A DNA stretch of 64,000 bases from an uncultured delta proteobacterium (GCA_963848135.1 CAWKCK010000002.1:1-64000), one strand, 5' to 3'; positions 31,219-42,857 are shown, counted from the stretch's first letter. The notes: generated by a model not told the origin, from the sequence alone. Numbers and translations are program-made.

Positions 31219-31798
31219 TACTTTTTTCCCCTTTGATCGGATCAAGTAATTCCTCGTTGATAACTATTTTGGCATTAGATTTTAATCGGACAATCCAGTC
31301 TTCCAGCGCGTTCTGCTTTTTTTCGTTCAGGATCTGTTGGGTAATCTGGTCTTGAACCTCTGTGAGCGGGGATAGGTCCGGATCGGATTCGAGCATTTCA
31401 TCATAACGGGCCTCGATCTCTTCTTGTGATACGACGGTCTGCTTTTCAATTTTCTGGCCTTCTATCGCCATGAGATCGCGAATCAGAGTCGACTCCCAAT
31501 ACCGTTCAATCGCCCTGATAAAAGCGTCCTTACGATCGAGTTTGCGCCTTTTTGCCTCTTGAATGAGAATTTCCTTGGTAACGATTTGGTCCATAAAGGT
31601 TTTCTTGGTGTCTTGGTTCAATTTGAAATCTTTGTCATACTCCAACTCTGCTTTAAGCTGGGTGTTGAATTCGTTTAACGTGAGGGCATAATCATTTATC
31701 TTGGCAAGGATTAAATCTTGTTCGGGTTTGTCCGGGGAACAACTGAAAAAAAGCAAGATCAACCATGTCAATAGCCAGAGAATCGGGTATCTTGTCAT
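31205..31798 (-). CDS. SurA N-terminal domain (PPIase-chaperone-like) lipoprotein
   Basis: Lipobox-like LFFSC; LAKINDYALT, ILIQEAKRRKLD and LKSNAKIVINEELL. Confidence 0.8.
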   Translation of the reverse strand: MTRYPILWLLTWLILLFFSCSPDKPEQDLILAKINDYALTLNEFNTQLKAELEYDKDFKLNQDTKKTFMDQIVTKEILIQEAKRRKLDRKDAFIRAIERYWESTLIRDLMAIEGQKIEKQTVVSQEEIEARYDEMLESDPDLSPLTEVQDQITQQILNEKKQNALEDWIVRLKSNAKIVINEELLDPIKGEKSNAEK

Positions 31799-32127
31799 CG
31801 CAGCACCGTCTGCCATTTGTTTGCAATTCTGAAAATATGATAAAAACGTTTTATTTTCTATATATCCGACTAATTTTACCATAACTTATTGAAAATACAT
31901 AGGACTGAAAAAAGAGTCGTTCAAAAACATACAAATAATTACAACACAGGAACAGCTCTAACTTTCTGCCAAAACACTTATTTCCTCTCCGGAAAAGACC
32001 GAGCAGCGTTTGCAAGATTCCGCCCATAAGCAAATAGATTGCAGCGAATCCCAGGATGGCGACATAACTAGTTTGTAGATTCACCTGTGGAGGCAACATC
32101 TTTCCTAATATATTTCTGAACGGCGCG

Positions 32128-32409
32128 TCAATATGCACTACTGCGGTGTTTGGCTGCTAGCATGAAGACGATGCTTTCTGTATCGTCGATTTCATAAAAG
32201 AACCGCCAGGCTCCGATTCGATATCTCCATGTGTCGGGGTCAAAGCCCTTCAGTTTTTTTATGTGTGGGCCAAAGTGAGGGTGTTCTCGGAGTTGAGGGT
32301 AGACGAATTTAACGAGCTTTTGGGTGACCTTGGGCTGGCCTGATAAGGCGATTTGCCTCAAATCGTTCAGGAATTGTTCCGTTTCAAATATTCTGTAGTT
32401 ATTCAACAA
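32128..32409 (-). CDS. RelE/ParE-family toxin
   Basis: 93 aa; HIKKLKG, WRYRIGAWRFFYEID and HRSSAY. Confidence 0.9.
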   Translation of the reverse strand: MLNNYRIFETEQFLNDLRQIALSGQPKVTQKLVKFVYPQLREHPHFGPHIKKLKGFDPDTWRYRIGAWRFFYEIDDTESIVFMLAAKHRSSAY

Positions 32410-32641
32410 AACGTCCTTTTCGTGCTTCAGCCTCCTTCGAACCCTGTTGTATTCTCGCCAGTAAATTGTGATCGGACATTATTTCGGCCATCTCTGCATC
32501 ATCCACGAATTGCTGCTCGCGGACTTTACTTAGCGCAGCCGTTTCGATGAGGTTCGATATCGTACGGTTATCCGCTCGTGCCGCCTCTGCAAATAACTTG
32601 TATGTGTCATCCTTCAATCTTATCGTCACGGTTTTTGACAT
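32399..32641 (-). CDS. Ribbon-helix-helix (CopG-like) antitoxin
   Basis: SKTVTIRL...AARADNRTISNLIETAA; overlaps the toxin start. Confidence 0.87.
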   Translation of the reverse strand: MSKTVTIRLKDDTYKLFAEAARADNRTISNLIETAALSKVREQQFVDDAEMAEIMSDHNLLARIQQGSKEAEARKGRFVE

Positions 32642-32667
32642 TTGATTCACCTTCGTTCGAATTTATT

Positions 32668-32713
32668 CATTTGAATTCAAATGCATTCTAATTGTTATAG
32701 TCAGAGATGTCAA
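32668..32713 (-). promoter_or_regulatory. Sigma70 promoter and palindromic operator of the toxin-antitoxin operon
   Basis: Minus strand TTGACA (32713..32708), 17 bp, TAGAAT (32690..32685); perfect 16-bp palindrome CATTTGAATTCAAATG at 32668..32683. Confidence 0.8.
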
Positions 32714-32843
32714 TATTTTCAGATATTGTCCATGCACCATTGGCCACCGCAATCGGCAGGGTAATGATGGCCACTGACAAGGCTCCGGAAAATCCTTGTT
32801 TGGTCCAGATGGTATCCGACATACTCGTTTGGCGATCATTCGA

Positions 32844-33713
32844 TTATGAGACCGAACAGCTGAAAGGCCACATGTTGCATCCGTGTTCCGCCCCGAACAC
32901 ATTGGCCTGCAGGTTGGCAATCCACTGTTTACCGTCCTGGGTAACACGCAAGTACCGTATGCCGTCCTGCACGTACTGGTTTACATGGTCCCAGTAAAAT
33001 TTGGCATTGTTCTCGCGCAAATCTCCCGGAGATGTGTAGCCGAGTTCTGCGTTGAGGCCGAGCTCTTCGAATTCGTAAAACAGGGCTGTGCACTTCTGGT
33101 TGCGGTAAGGGTCCCCGAGCTGGCCGATATAATCGGCCGCCCGCACCAGGCTGGGATACCCTTGCGCGGTTGTATGCACGTCGCTGTCAGGAATCGGGAA
33201 GCGGGTCATTTCGATGTACGATTCGATCAGCCCGGCATTGATCATCCCCTGTGCCAGCATGGCTTGGCCAAATCGGTCGCGCACGAACATTTTGCTCCTG
33301 TCGACGTGATAAGGCGCCAGGGCGGCATCCGTGCCTCCTTTGGGTACGGCGATACGTTTATCGTCGACACCGGTGGCAATCAGATCATTCGTGTCACCCT
33401 TGCAGATTCCTCGCACGTACCCGATGTCATGGCACAAGAGGGCAATCATGAAATTGGCCCAATCTTGGGGAGTGACGCCGCCCTCGGACAGATGCTTGCC
33501 TTCCAGTATGGACTGACCTGCCAGGGCCACCATCACTGTGTGCTCGACGTTGTGGTAGAGGGCGTCGGAGTTGGCGATGATTTCGAGGGCCAGGTGCGAT
33601 GACCATACGATCACATTGCCGAGTTCACTCTCCAGCTCGCTGTAATTTCTTCTGTAGGCACTCCTGATTTGATCTCTACAATAATCGATCTTTATTTTTT
33701 CGAGATTCAGCAT
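32844..33713 (-). CDS. HD-domain metal-dependent phosphohydrolase (Npun_R2479-like)
   Basis: DALYHNVEH, CHDIGY, YHVDRS and RAADYIGQLGDP. Confidence 0.87.
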   Translation of the reverse strand: MLNLEKIKIDYCRDQIRSAYRRNYSELESELGNVIVWSSHLALEIIANSDALYHNVEHTVMVALAGQSILEGKHLSEGGVTPQDWANFMIALLCHDIGYVRGICKGDTNDLIATGVDDKRIAVPKGGTDAALAPYHVDRSKMFVRDRFGQAMLAQGMINAGLIESYIEMTRFPIPDSDVHTTAQGYPSLVRAADYIGQLGDPYRNQKCTALFYEFEELGLNAELGYTSPGDLRENNAKFYWDHVNQYVQDGIRYLRVTQDGKQWIANLQANVFGAEHGCNMWPFSCSVS

Positions 33714-34236
33714 GGATAATATTCTCACCTCCTTTCATTCTATATATCTCTATCCCTATCTACACCATTGCCAACGGAAGTCACTCCCTGTGCGTTTTCC
33801 AGGCGAAGTGACTATGAAATACCATTGGCCAACAGGGCTATCCCGCATGTTTCATGAAATCTTTTCGCCACTATGAGTAAATTAATTTAATTTTAGATAC
33901 ATGAAATGAAATGGACGTATTTGAGTCAAAGTACAATTTGCAACTTATGAATTTTAGAGAAAAGCCGAAACGTTTTCACCCCTTGGGCACTCCCTGAGGC
34001 ATCCATTGGCTCCGTTATCAAAAGCTTGCAGTAGGTTGACTACGGCGGCACCCATAAGTGCCTTGCCATTGAATCCCTCAGGGACGTGAAATGTCCGGGC
34101 TAATGATTCCATCCGGACGTCTGAAAATACAATGAGAATTTGCATTGCCGGGTTATCCAAAACTTATCATGTCTGACTGTCTGGGAGTAGAAGAGAGGGA
34201 AAGTCATTATCCATCCGGATCTTATGAATATGTTTA

Positions 34237-34446
34237 ACCTAATTTGAGCGATTGTCGAGGTTGCCGCAGATACAAGGAAGATGTCGTTCCGCTATAGATG
34301 GCTATGCGGGACGGCATATGACGCCGTAGATGCGGCAAGATCGGCAATCCCGATGGGTTTCAAATATTAAAATCAAACGATGATAGAATTCCTTATAAAT
34401 AAAGCACTTCCCCTTCCGTTTAAAATTTTAAACGCTCATTTTAGGT
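34237..34446 (+). mobile_element. MITE family B, 210 bp, TSD TTA
   Basis: ACCTAATTTGAGCG ... CGCTCATTTTAGGT flanked by TTA on both sides. Confidence 0.88.
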
Positions 34447-34926
34447 TTAAACAATTGGTCAACTCGTGGCAAGAATAAAATTAATGGCATAGATCCAATA
34501 GATGGCTGAATCACAAGCGGATTTGCCTTATGATTTTTAGTCCCTGTGTGGTCTTAAGCACATTGGACATTTCAACTCTGTGAACCGACATTGTTTTACG
34601 AGCTCAACATTTTAGTCATTCAAAGCCTGAGTATATACCCGGGGCTGTAAATTCTTAATATCCCCCTTATAAATTACTAAAATTTGTTGTGAAGTCATTT
34701 GCCTAATCTATACCTCATTATGTATTAAAATGGTCATGAATACAGCTGGCAACTGTTACAATGTGGCAATGCCATGTCCTCGAGCGTTTACTTAACTATC
34801 TGTAAATATACAAAAAAAGTTCATAAACGCGAAAAAAATTATTTTGCATGGATTTTGCTTTATCAGAGGAGACAATCTTTCAAACGATTTGGCGGTTCTC
34901 GGTTATGGGGATGATCTGATAAATTT

Positions 34927-35265
34927 GGATCATCTCCAATAAAGTTGGTGGTTTTTACGGGCTAATTATTCATATCTTATTGAAATAAAGATATAAATTA
35001 ACCGCAGATGCACGCTGACATAACGCAGACAAACCCTTTTTACCCGGGCGACTTGCCCGGGTAAAAGATGCATGCCTTTCAGGTAAAAAAGCAGATGGCC
35101 TCGCGCAGCGATTGCTCGTTTTGCCTCCGCGGGTCGCGGAGGCAAAACGTCTGTGTCTGTCAGCGTCTGTCGAGCGAGCGAAGTGAGCGGGCGGCCAATT
35201 TAACTATGCTATGATCCATGCATGAGCTTCGCATCAATTTACACCAACTAAATCGGAGAAGAACC
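34927..35265. mobile_element. MITE family D, 339 bp, 24-bp TIR, 8-bp TSD, with a nested hairpin-rich element
   Basis: GGATCATCTCCAATAAAGTTGGTG versus reverse complement GGTTCTTCTCCGATTTAGTTGGTG (19/24); ATAAATTT on both flanks. Confidence 0.85.
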
Positions 35266-35460
35266 ATAAATTTTAATCGCTAATAACGAGTTTGGTATCG
35301 GTTTCGAGCCGGATAGTCATTTCCATAATAGTGGAATCCGGTTTGAATAAGAAACCGCTCCGGTGCCTATTCCCGCGCCGATTTACCATTTATGTGCGAG
35401 TATGATAGAATAAACAGGCATCCGGCCGGAACAAGTTCATACAATAAAGAGAATTTTAGA

Positions 35461-35763
35461 ATGTCAAAAACTAAAAGTAGAAGCTCCAATAAAATCCTCA
35501 CTTGGGAAGTTCTTATTCGAATAGGATTGGTTGTCTTCGGGTTAACCCTTTTCCCGGGAATTATTTTTCTGATCCGGAACATATTTATTGCGGATAGCCC
35601 GGCCCTATCAACGTCCTACGCAATGTTTTATCGGTCATTACTCGATGTGGGTGTCGATGGGATTATTTCCTGGAGTATCGCATGCGTTCCTTATTTTGCC
35701 TATGATGTATCCCTCTTGATCAAAAAAAATAGAACCCAAAAAACCGAAATTATTAAGAAATAA
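35461..35763 (+). CDS. Small hypothetical membrane protein
   Basis: About 100 aa with two hydrophobic segments. Confidence 0.6.
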   Translation: MSKTKSRSSNKILTWEVLIRIGLVVFGLTLFPGIIFLIRNIFIADSPALSTSYAMFYRSLLDVGVDGIISWSIACVPYFAYDVSLLIKKNRTQKTEIIKK

Positions 35764-36200
35764 CGTCATCTGCTTTTCTAATTCCAAATTATCTCCATGC
35801 AGGTCCATGACCTGGGCCACACGCTCAATGTCATCATCAGAATTGAAGCCTTAGTATCTCAAACGGAAATCTTTTTCCAATTCACCCAAATTTTGATTCA
35901 GAGACAATAGTTACCCCTTGGGTTCTTGGGCAATCCAAGACCTGATGAATTAGGTCTTGCCTAACGGCAGTGCCATATATTATAGGGGTATTGTTTGTCC
36001 GATATCACTGCCAAGTAATATGGGTTGAATCGCTCAACTCTATCCTTCCGATTGACACGGTACTAAAAGCAAGGTCCCATCACGTCCTGAACATAAAGCT
36101 GTGTGCCAATGATTATGCTGATGGACGGTATAAATGTAAAACCGCATGAACCGGTAAATGTATCAGCACCTTTTACGCCCTAAACCGTTTTCCGTATAAG

Positions 36201-39200
36201 GTGAGTGCTATGAAGAGGGTCTCATCGGGTCGTTTTGCTCTCTTAATTTTTTGGGGTTTTCTCCTTGCTTCCGGGTATCTATGCGAATCAAAAGCTGAGA
36301 AGTGCGAAACACCAGTAGCAAAGATTGTTTCCGTTCAGGGAACCGTCGAAGCGAAAAGTGCCGGTAATACCCAGTGGCAGTTGGTCACACTCAACGAAAC
36401 CTTTTGCCAAGGGGATACAATTCGGGTACTCGAGAAGAGCCGGGCGGACGTTACCCTTATGAACCGGTCTTTTCTGCGCATCAACGAAAATACAACTATT
36501 GTTTTGGAAGGGGTTTTAGAGGAGAAGACTTCCCTGATTGACCTGCTGAAGGGAGCGGCGCATTTCCTTAGCCGCGAACCGCGCAGTCTCAAGGTTAAGA
36601 CGCAGTATGCTATTTTCGGGGTGAGGGGGACCGAGTTTTATATCCGGGAGGAAGAAACCCAGTCCCTCCTGTCGGTGTTCGAAGGCTCGGTAATGGCTGA
36701 GAATGCCCTCGGCAGCCTACTGCTCATAAGCGGTCAGTCGGCCGTTGCCGAGGCCAACAAGGCTCCGGTGTTAAGAGTTGTGGCACGGCCCCGGGATGCT
36801 GTTCAGTGGGCCCTTTATTATCCGCCGGTCATGTATGGGATTTCCCCTGAGGTCATTAAACTGGCGCCTGAGGAGATCGATGACCCGCGTCTTCTCGCCC
36901 AACGGGCGGCGTTGTTATTGAATGTCGGCCGTCTGAAGGAGGCATCCGCAGACCTTGATCGTTCACTGAGTTTAAAAGCCGATTTCAGTGATGCCCTGTC
37001 ATTGCAGGCGATCATCGCGATCGTTCAGAACGACCGGGACAAGGCCCTGCACCTGGCTCAGAGGGCGGTGGATGCCGACCCCACCTCAGCAACTGCCCTA
37101 ATCTCTCTCTCCTATGCACAGCAGGCCCGATTCGATCTGGAGGGCGCCCGTACCACTCTTCGAAAAGCTACGGAGGTGGCGCCGGACAACGCCCTGGCCT
37201 GGGCGCGGTTGTCAGAAATCCAGGCCTCCTTTGGCCGGCTGAATAAAGCTCTGGATGCGGCCCGAATGGCCGAGTCTTTGGCACCGAATCTTTCTTTGAC
37301 TCAGACAGTGTTAGGGTTTGCCTTCCTGGCACAAGTTAAAATTGAGTCGTCGAAAGAGGCCTTTGGAAAAGCGATCACTCTCGACCAGGCGGCGCCTTTG
37401 CCGCGTTTGGGTCTGGGACTGGCCAAGATCAGGCAAGGCGACCTCGATGGCGGCGGCAGGGATATCGAAATTGCTGCCAGCCTTGACTCCGCCAACTCGC
37501 TTGTCCGCAGCTACCTGGGCAAGACCTACTACGAAAAAAAACGCATACCGCTTGACGAACGCGAATATAAAATTGCCAAGGAACTCGACCCTAACGATCC
37601 CACCCCCTGGTTCTACGATGCCATCGCCAAGCAGACCACCAACCGACCGGTTGAGGCGTTGCACAATATCCAGAGGGCGATCGAGCTTAACGACAATCGG
37701 TTTGTCTACCGCTCCAAGTTGTTGCTCGATTCAGATCTGGCCGCCCGTAGCGCCAGTCTCGCTCGAATATATGATAATTTGGGCTTCCAGCAGCTGGCAC
37801 TTGTTGAAGGTTACAAGGCCGTCAACACGGACCCAGGCAACTTTTCCGCTCACCGGTTTCTGGCGGACTCCTACGCTGTCCTGCCCCGCCACGAGATCGC
37901 CAGGGTTAGCGAATTGCTGCAGTCCCAGTTGCTTCAGCCGATCAACATCACCCCCATTCAGCCGGGTCTAGCCGAGAGCAACCTTTTTCTAATCAGTTCC
38001 CAGGGGCCCACCCAAACGTCCTTCAATGAATTCAACAATCTCTTGTTTACGCGCAACCGGGCCGCTCTGCAACTGAATGGTTTGGTTGGTGAAAACAGTA
38101 CGTGGGCTGGTGAAGGTATCGTTTCGGGCATCCACAACAAGCTGTCGTTAAGTGCCGGGTACTCCCATTTTGAAACCGATGGGTTTCGCATCGAACAATG
38201 ACCAGGACGATAGCGTTGCCAATGTATTCGCGCAATATGAAGTTTCATACAAAACAAGTCTGCAGGCGGAATATCGTCATAGAGACGTTAAAAGAGGTGA
38301 GACCCAACTGCGGTTTTTTGCCAACGATGTAGACCCCAACCTTCGCCAGACAGATGAGACGGGATCAATCCGCGCTGGTTTTCGACATGCCTTTTCACCG
38401 AACTCTGTTTTAATCGGTAATTTCGGTTACCAGGATGAGATGTTCACTTCGCGGACACAAACCGCTGGTCCGATTGAATCGACCCTTGAAACCTCTTCGG
38501 AGCAGACTGCGTATGGCGGCGAACTCGAATATATCTTCCGGTCTGAAATCTTAAACCTTGCCGGAGGGATTGGTTATTTCAATGTCGACAGTCAAGCCGA
38601 GTCGACAACCACACAATTTATTCCTGGCTTCGTAATTCCTTTACCACCGCCACCCATTGGACCTGGACCCATTGTTGTCGATCCTGAAACACGGATGGAT
38701 ACCTTAACCTTTGATAAAGATGTCGACCACACCAATCTGTATTTGTATTCCTATATTTCGGCGCTGAAAAATTTGATCCTTACTGTCGGTGCCAGTGGTG
38801 ATTTATTTAACAGCAGCAGCCCAGATCAAAAGGACACGGACCAGTTCAATCCTAAATTCGGTCTTTCCTGGAATCCAGTTCCAAGCACCACGCTGCGTGG
38901 CGCTGTTTTCAGGGTATTGAAAAGAACCCTGATAACCAACCAAACCCTTGAGCCCACGCAGGTCGCCGGTTTCAACCAGTTTTATGATGATATTACAGCA
39001 ACCGATGCCTGGAATTACGGTGCTGCTGTCGATCAAAAATTTTCCAACAGTGTGTATGGGGGCTTAGAGTTTATATACAGGGATTTGAAGGTACCTTTTA
39101 CCATATCGATTCCAGGTGCGGGCATATCAGAGTTGGCTGAAGATGATTGGACGGAAAAACGGACACGTGCTTATCTTTTCTGGACCCCGCATAAATGGCT

Positions 39201-39588
39201 GAGCCTGACGGCAGAGTGGCTGTGGGAACGATTCGACAGGGAGAGGTTTGCTCAAGGCGCAAAAGATGTTGAAACAAATTTTTTTCCGATAGGGGCCAAT
39301 TTTTATCATCCGTCCGGACTCTACGCCGGATTAAAGGGCACCTATGTTTATCAGAATGGTAGTTTTGAGCGACAGTTTCAAGCAGGAATATTTGAAGACG
39401 GTGAGGATAAATTCTGGTTGGTGGATGCCGCTATCGGTTATCGTCTTCCAAAGCGCTTTGGTCTTGTCACCGTCGGTGTGACAAACATGTTTGACAAAGA
39501 ATTCCGGTACTATGACGTAGACCCTGATAACCCACGGATACAGCCGTCACGGTCCGTATTTGCCAAACTCACGCTCGCATTCCCTTGA
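36201..39588 (+). CDS. FecR + TPR + TonB-receptor-like beta-barrel protein; one frameshift near 38192
   Basis: GVRGTEF FecR motif, multiple TPRs, barrel ending ...VFAKLTLAFP; removing one base at CGCATCGAAC joins ETDGFRI to NNDQDD. Confidence 0.85.
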
Positions 39589-39680
39589 TTTGACGGTATT
39601 TAGAAAAATCCAGGATAATTCAGTTGAGATGGGTGATGGCTTTGATCCGCTTCCAAAAACAATCAATTGAAAGGGGGCAA

Positions 39681-40181
39681 ATGATGTACAAACCAGAGTT
39701 CAGATTTTTAGTCATTCTTTTTTTTGTAACTACCCTTTTTATGACAGATAGTGCACTCGCCGGTCTTAAAAATCCATTTCAATCGATTCCGGGAACCACA
39801 GAGTCAGTTATTGCAGGAGTAAATATTCGGTATTTTAGAGACAGCAATGGATGCGCTGAACAGTGTGAGTTTTATAATGATCCAAAACGGTGCGGGGACA
39901 ATGCCAAATGCTTGGATTACGCCAAAGATACAAAGGCTAAATATGAAAGCTGTCAGCGTCCCGAAAGTCCTCCTAGAATTGGAAAAGAACTGGTGAAAAG
40001 CGCCGGATACACGACAGGTACAACTCAGCTGTGTGATGAATTCACAATAACGACACATGGCAGCCCGGGTTGGACTTGGAACTACTTTGGGGGCGGTAAC
40101 TGGCAATTGGTGTGCATTGGTTACTACTATGCACCGGCTAATTTGTGCTGCGATCCTACGGGTTGTGTTCCGAAACCTTAA
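39681..40181 (+). CDS. Secreted cysteine-rich hypothetical protein
   Basis: RBS AAGGGGG, signal peptide ending ALA, 10 Cys in the mature part. Confidence 0.78.
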   Translation: MMYKPEFRFLVILFFVTTLFMTDSALAGLKNPFQSIPGTTESVIAGVNIRYFRDSNGCAEQCEFYNDPKRCGDNAKCLDYAKDTKAKYESCQRPESPPRIGKELVKSAGYTTGTTQLCDEFTITTHGSPGWTWNYFGGGNWQLVCIGYYYAPANLCCDPTGCVPKP

Positions 40182-40212
40182 AATTAAACACACGGTATAT
40201 TTGTTAGGAGTT

Positions 40213-42477
40213 TCATTTGTCTGCTAAAGTAAAAACACAATCCCAGCCTTCCGGCGGTGGTGCTTTCTGATAATACCGGCATCGTTCAGCCATAGTACGG
40301 GACGGACCATCAGTCGGCCAAATCTCAAGGCTGCTCTTGAAAAGACCCAGCGCTTCATCCCAGTGCTGGCTACGGTACGCTGTGTATCCTGCGGCGTACT
40401 CTCTTAAGGCCTTTTCAAGCTCGTTTGGTAGAGACGCACTGGATACGGCCATGAGCTCGAAAACCCGGACGGATTTTTGACGACCTACAACTCGCACCCT
40501 ATCGATCTCACGCAGGTGGAAATCGTCCCTAACGCGGCGTGCCGTGTTTTCCCCGATGAGGATCTCAGTGTGGTAAAGCTTGTTAAGACCCTCTAATCGC
40601 GAGCCCAGGTTCACCTGGTCCCCGAGGACGCCGTAAGCAAAGCGATAGCTGGATCCCAGGTTGCCCACGAGCATGAGGCCCGAGTTAATGCCCGTGCGGG
40701 CGCTGAGTTGCGGGCGGCCCGTTGTGATCCACTCCGAATTTAAATTATTTCGCTGTTCGCGCATGGCAAGGGCGGCGGCGCAGGCCTTTTGTGCATGATC
40801 GGGGGCATCGAGGGGTGCCCCAAAAAAGGCCATGATCTCATCGCCCACGTATTCCTTGAGCGTGCCCTGATGGTGGAAAATCTGTTCGGTCATTTTGTCG
40901 TAATAGACGCTCAGGATTTCGATCATTTCTGTAGGGGAATAGCGCTCTGAATAGGTTGTAAACCCCTCGATATCGCTGAACAGAACCGTTAGCTCCTTTT
41001 CCTCTCCCCCAAGTTTCAGCTTTTCAGGCGCTTCGAGAAGCTCATCGATGACCAATGGCGCTACATATTGCTGGAACGCACCCTTGACTTTTTTACGCTC
41101 CCCTTCTTCGGTAACGTAACGGTACGCCGTCAAGACAGTATAATTCAGCGACAGGACCAGAAGGGGAAAAACCATGTTGAGCCAGACCCTTTGGGTGACG
41201 AAAAGCCAGCGCGCAGTGAAAATATAGAGCATGAAAAGGCCGACGGCCAATAACAGACCTTTAACCGCACCAAAGCGCGGTAAGGCAATTCCGGTCAATG
41301 CACCCATCACGATGATGGCCCCAAGGTCGAACACTTTTGACCACTTCGGTTTCGTTATGAACTGTTGCGACAGAAGGTTGTCGATAACGGTTGCGTGTAC
41401 TTCCACCCCTGGATAGAGAGGGCTGATCGGCGTGCTCCGCAGGTCTCGCATGCCCGATGCCGTGACACCGACCAATACGATTTTGTTCTCAAATACCCCC
41501 TCGGCAGTCCCACCGGACAGCACGTCACTAATGGAAATTTGCGGGAAGGTTTTCGGTGAACCGAGGAAATTGATCAAAAAGCCGCCATTTTCATCCGTGG
41601 GTATCCACCGCGTTCCCATCTGAATGCCTTCAATTCCATAATGAGCCACCTTGACCATGAGCTGCGGCTTGTCCAGGTAATGCCAGGCGCATAATAACGA
41701 TAGCGGCGGATAGAGGTCCTCTCCGCATTTTATGATCAGCGGTATCCAGCGTACGACACCGTCCTGGTCACTTCTCAGGCTATAGAAGCCTGACGACGAT
41801 CCTGATTGGTTGAAAATACCCAGGTTGCTTACCGGGGCAAAGGCCCGGATAAAAGGATCGCGATTCATTTCCTTCTCTTTATAGATAATAAGGGGGTATT
41901 TTGAACTGCTGATGTGGTCGAGCTGCGCGTTTATTTGACGCTGATCGATATCATAGTTGATATCTTCGGCATTCATGTGGAAAAAATAACCGAGAACGAC
42001 CGATGCGGTTGAATTCTTGATGGCGTTCGCAAGCACCCTGTCGTCGTCTGCTTCCTCTTGGTTGTTTTTTACGAACGCATTCACTTTCGGATTGTCGATA
42101 CCCATGGCGCCCATTTCACGGCTGAATTTTTCGATGAACTCCAATTGTGCATTTTGCGACGGTTCAAAAAAACCGATGTCGAAGCCGATAACCTTGGCAC
42201 CATTTTGGGAAAGGGTATTTACGAGCTTGGCGATCTTGGTCCTGGGCCAGGGCCAGCGTCCTTCCATATCGATGCTTTTATCGTCGATCAATGCCATGAC
42301 AACCGCCGGAGTCGGTTGCTGCTGACCACGTGACCGGAAACGAAGGTCATATGTTTTCAACTCGACCAGATCGAGGATGGGAACACCACCGAGGAAAAGG
42401 GACACAACGACAAGAATGGTGACCAATGTGATTGAGGTCGGATTGATTGCGAAGGTGGATTTGACGGAAAATTTCAT
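40213..42477 (-). CDS. CHASE2-domain class III adenylate/guanylate cyclase
   Basis: GRWPWPR, DQDGVVR, YPGVEVHA, three TM, LFSDIEGFT, YVGDEIMAFFGAP and VNLGSRLEGLNK. Confidence 0.95.
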   Translation of the reverse strand: MKFSVKSTFAINPTSITLVTILVVVSLFLGGVPILDLVELKTYDLRFRSRGQQQPTPAVVMALIDDKSIDMEGRWPWPRTKIAKLVNTLSQNGAKVIGFDIGFFEPSQNAQLEFIEKFSREMGAMGIDNPKVNAFVKNNQEEADDDRVLANAIKNSTASVVLGYFFHMNAEDINYDIDQRQINAQLDHISSSKYPLIIYKEKEMNRDPFIRAFAPVSNLGIFNQSGSSSGFYSLRSDQDGVVRWIPLIIKCGEDLYPPLSLLCAWHYLDKPQLMVKVAHYGIEGIQMGTRWIPTDENGGFLINFLGSPKTFPQISISDVLSGGTAEGVFENKIVLVGVTASGMRDLRSTPISPLYPGVEVHATVIDNLLSQQFITKPKWSKVFDLGAIIVMGALTGIALPRFGAVKGLLLAVGLFMLYIFTARWLFVTQRVWLNMVFPLLVLSLNYTVLTAYRYVTEEGERKKVKGAFQQYVAPLVIDELLEAPEKLKLGGEEKELTVLFSDIEGFTTYSERYSPTEMIEILSVYYDKMTEQIFHHQGTLKEYVGDEIMAFFGAPLDAPDHAQKACAAALAMREQRNNLNSEWITTGRPQLSARTGINSGLMLVGNLGSSYRFAYGVLGDQVNLGSRLEGLNKLYHTEILIGENTARRVRDDFHLREIDRVRVVGRQKSVRVFELMAVSSASLPNELEKALREYAAGYTAYRSQHWDEALGLFKSSLEIWPTDGPSRTMAERCRYYQKAPPPEGWDCVFTLADK

Positions 42478-42857
42478 TTGTCGTGCACCGCGCCGGTGAT
42501 ACCGGGCCCCGGTTCCTGACGGAGAAATCTAACCGGAAAACCAGTGGAATGAAAAATTATATTCACATTAGGGTAGATAACTGGGAATATTCGCTAAAAA
42601 TTACGGTGGGGTCAAGCTTAATGTCTAATTTTTCTTTTTCGGCAGACTGATCTTTCACGGCTTTGTTAAAATTGTTGAAAGTACCATGGCGCACATCCTG
42701 GGGGGTGTCCCTGTGCAGCCGTCATCGGCTGCAACCGTGTTGATGGCATCGTTTGTGGGCTACAGGTCGAGGGGCGTGCACCTATTTCTGCAGAAATATT
42801 GACCGAGCTATTGGGGCGGGGAGTGGTTTGTAGCTGGGTGTTTTGGTATCAGTCGTT

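Noticed and set aside
31851..32138. 95-aa ORF after the toxin (also 33954..34160 and 35638..35820)
   Set aside because: No clear RBS or family motif; possibly gene remnants, not supportable.
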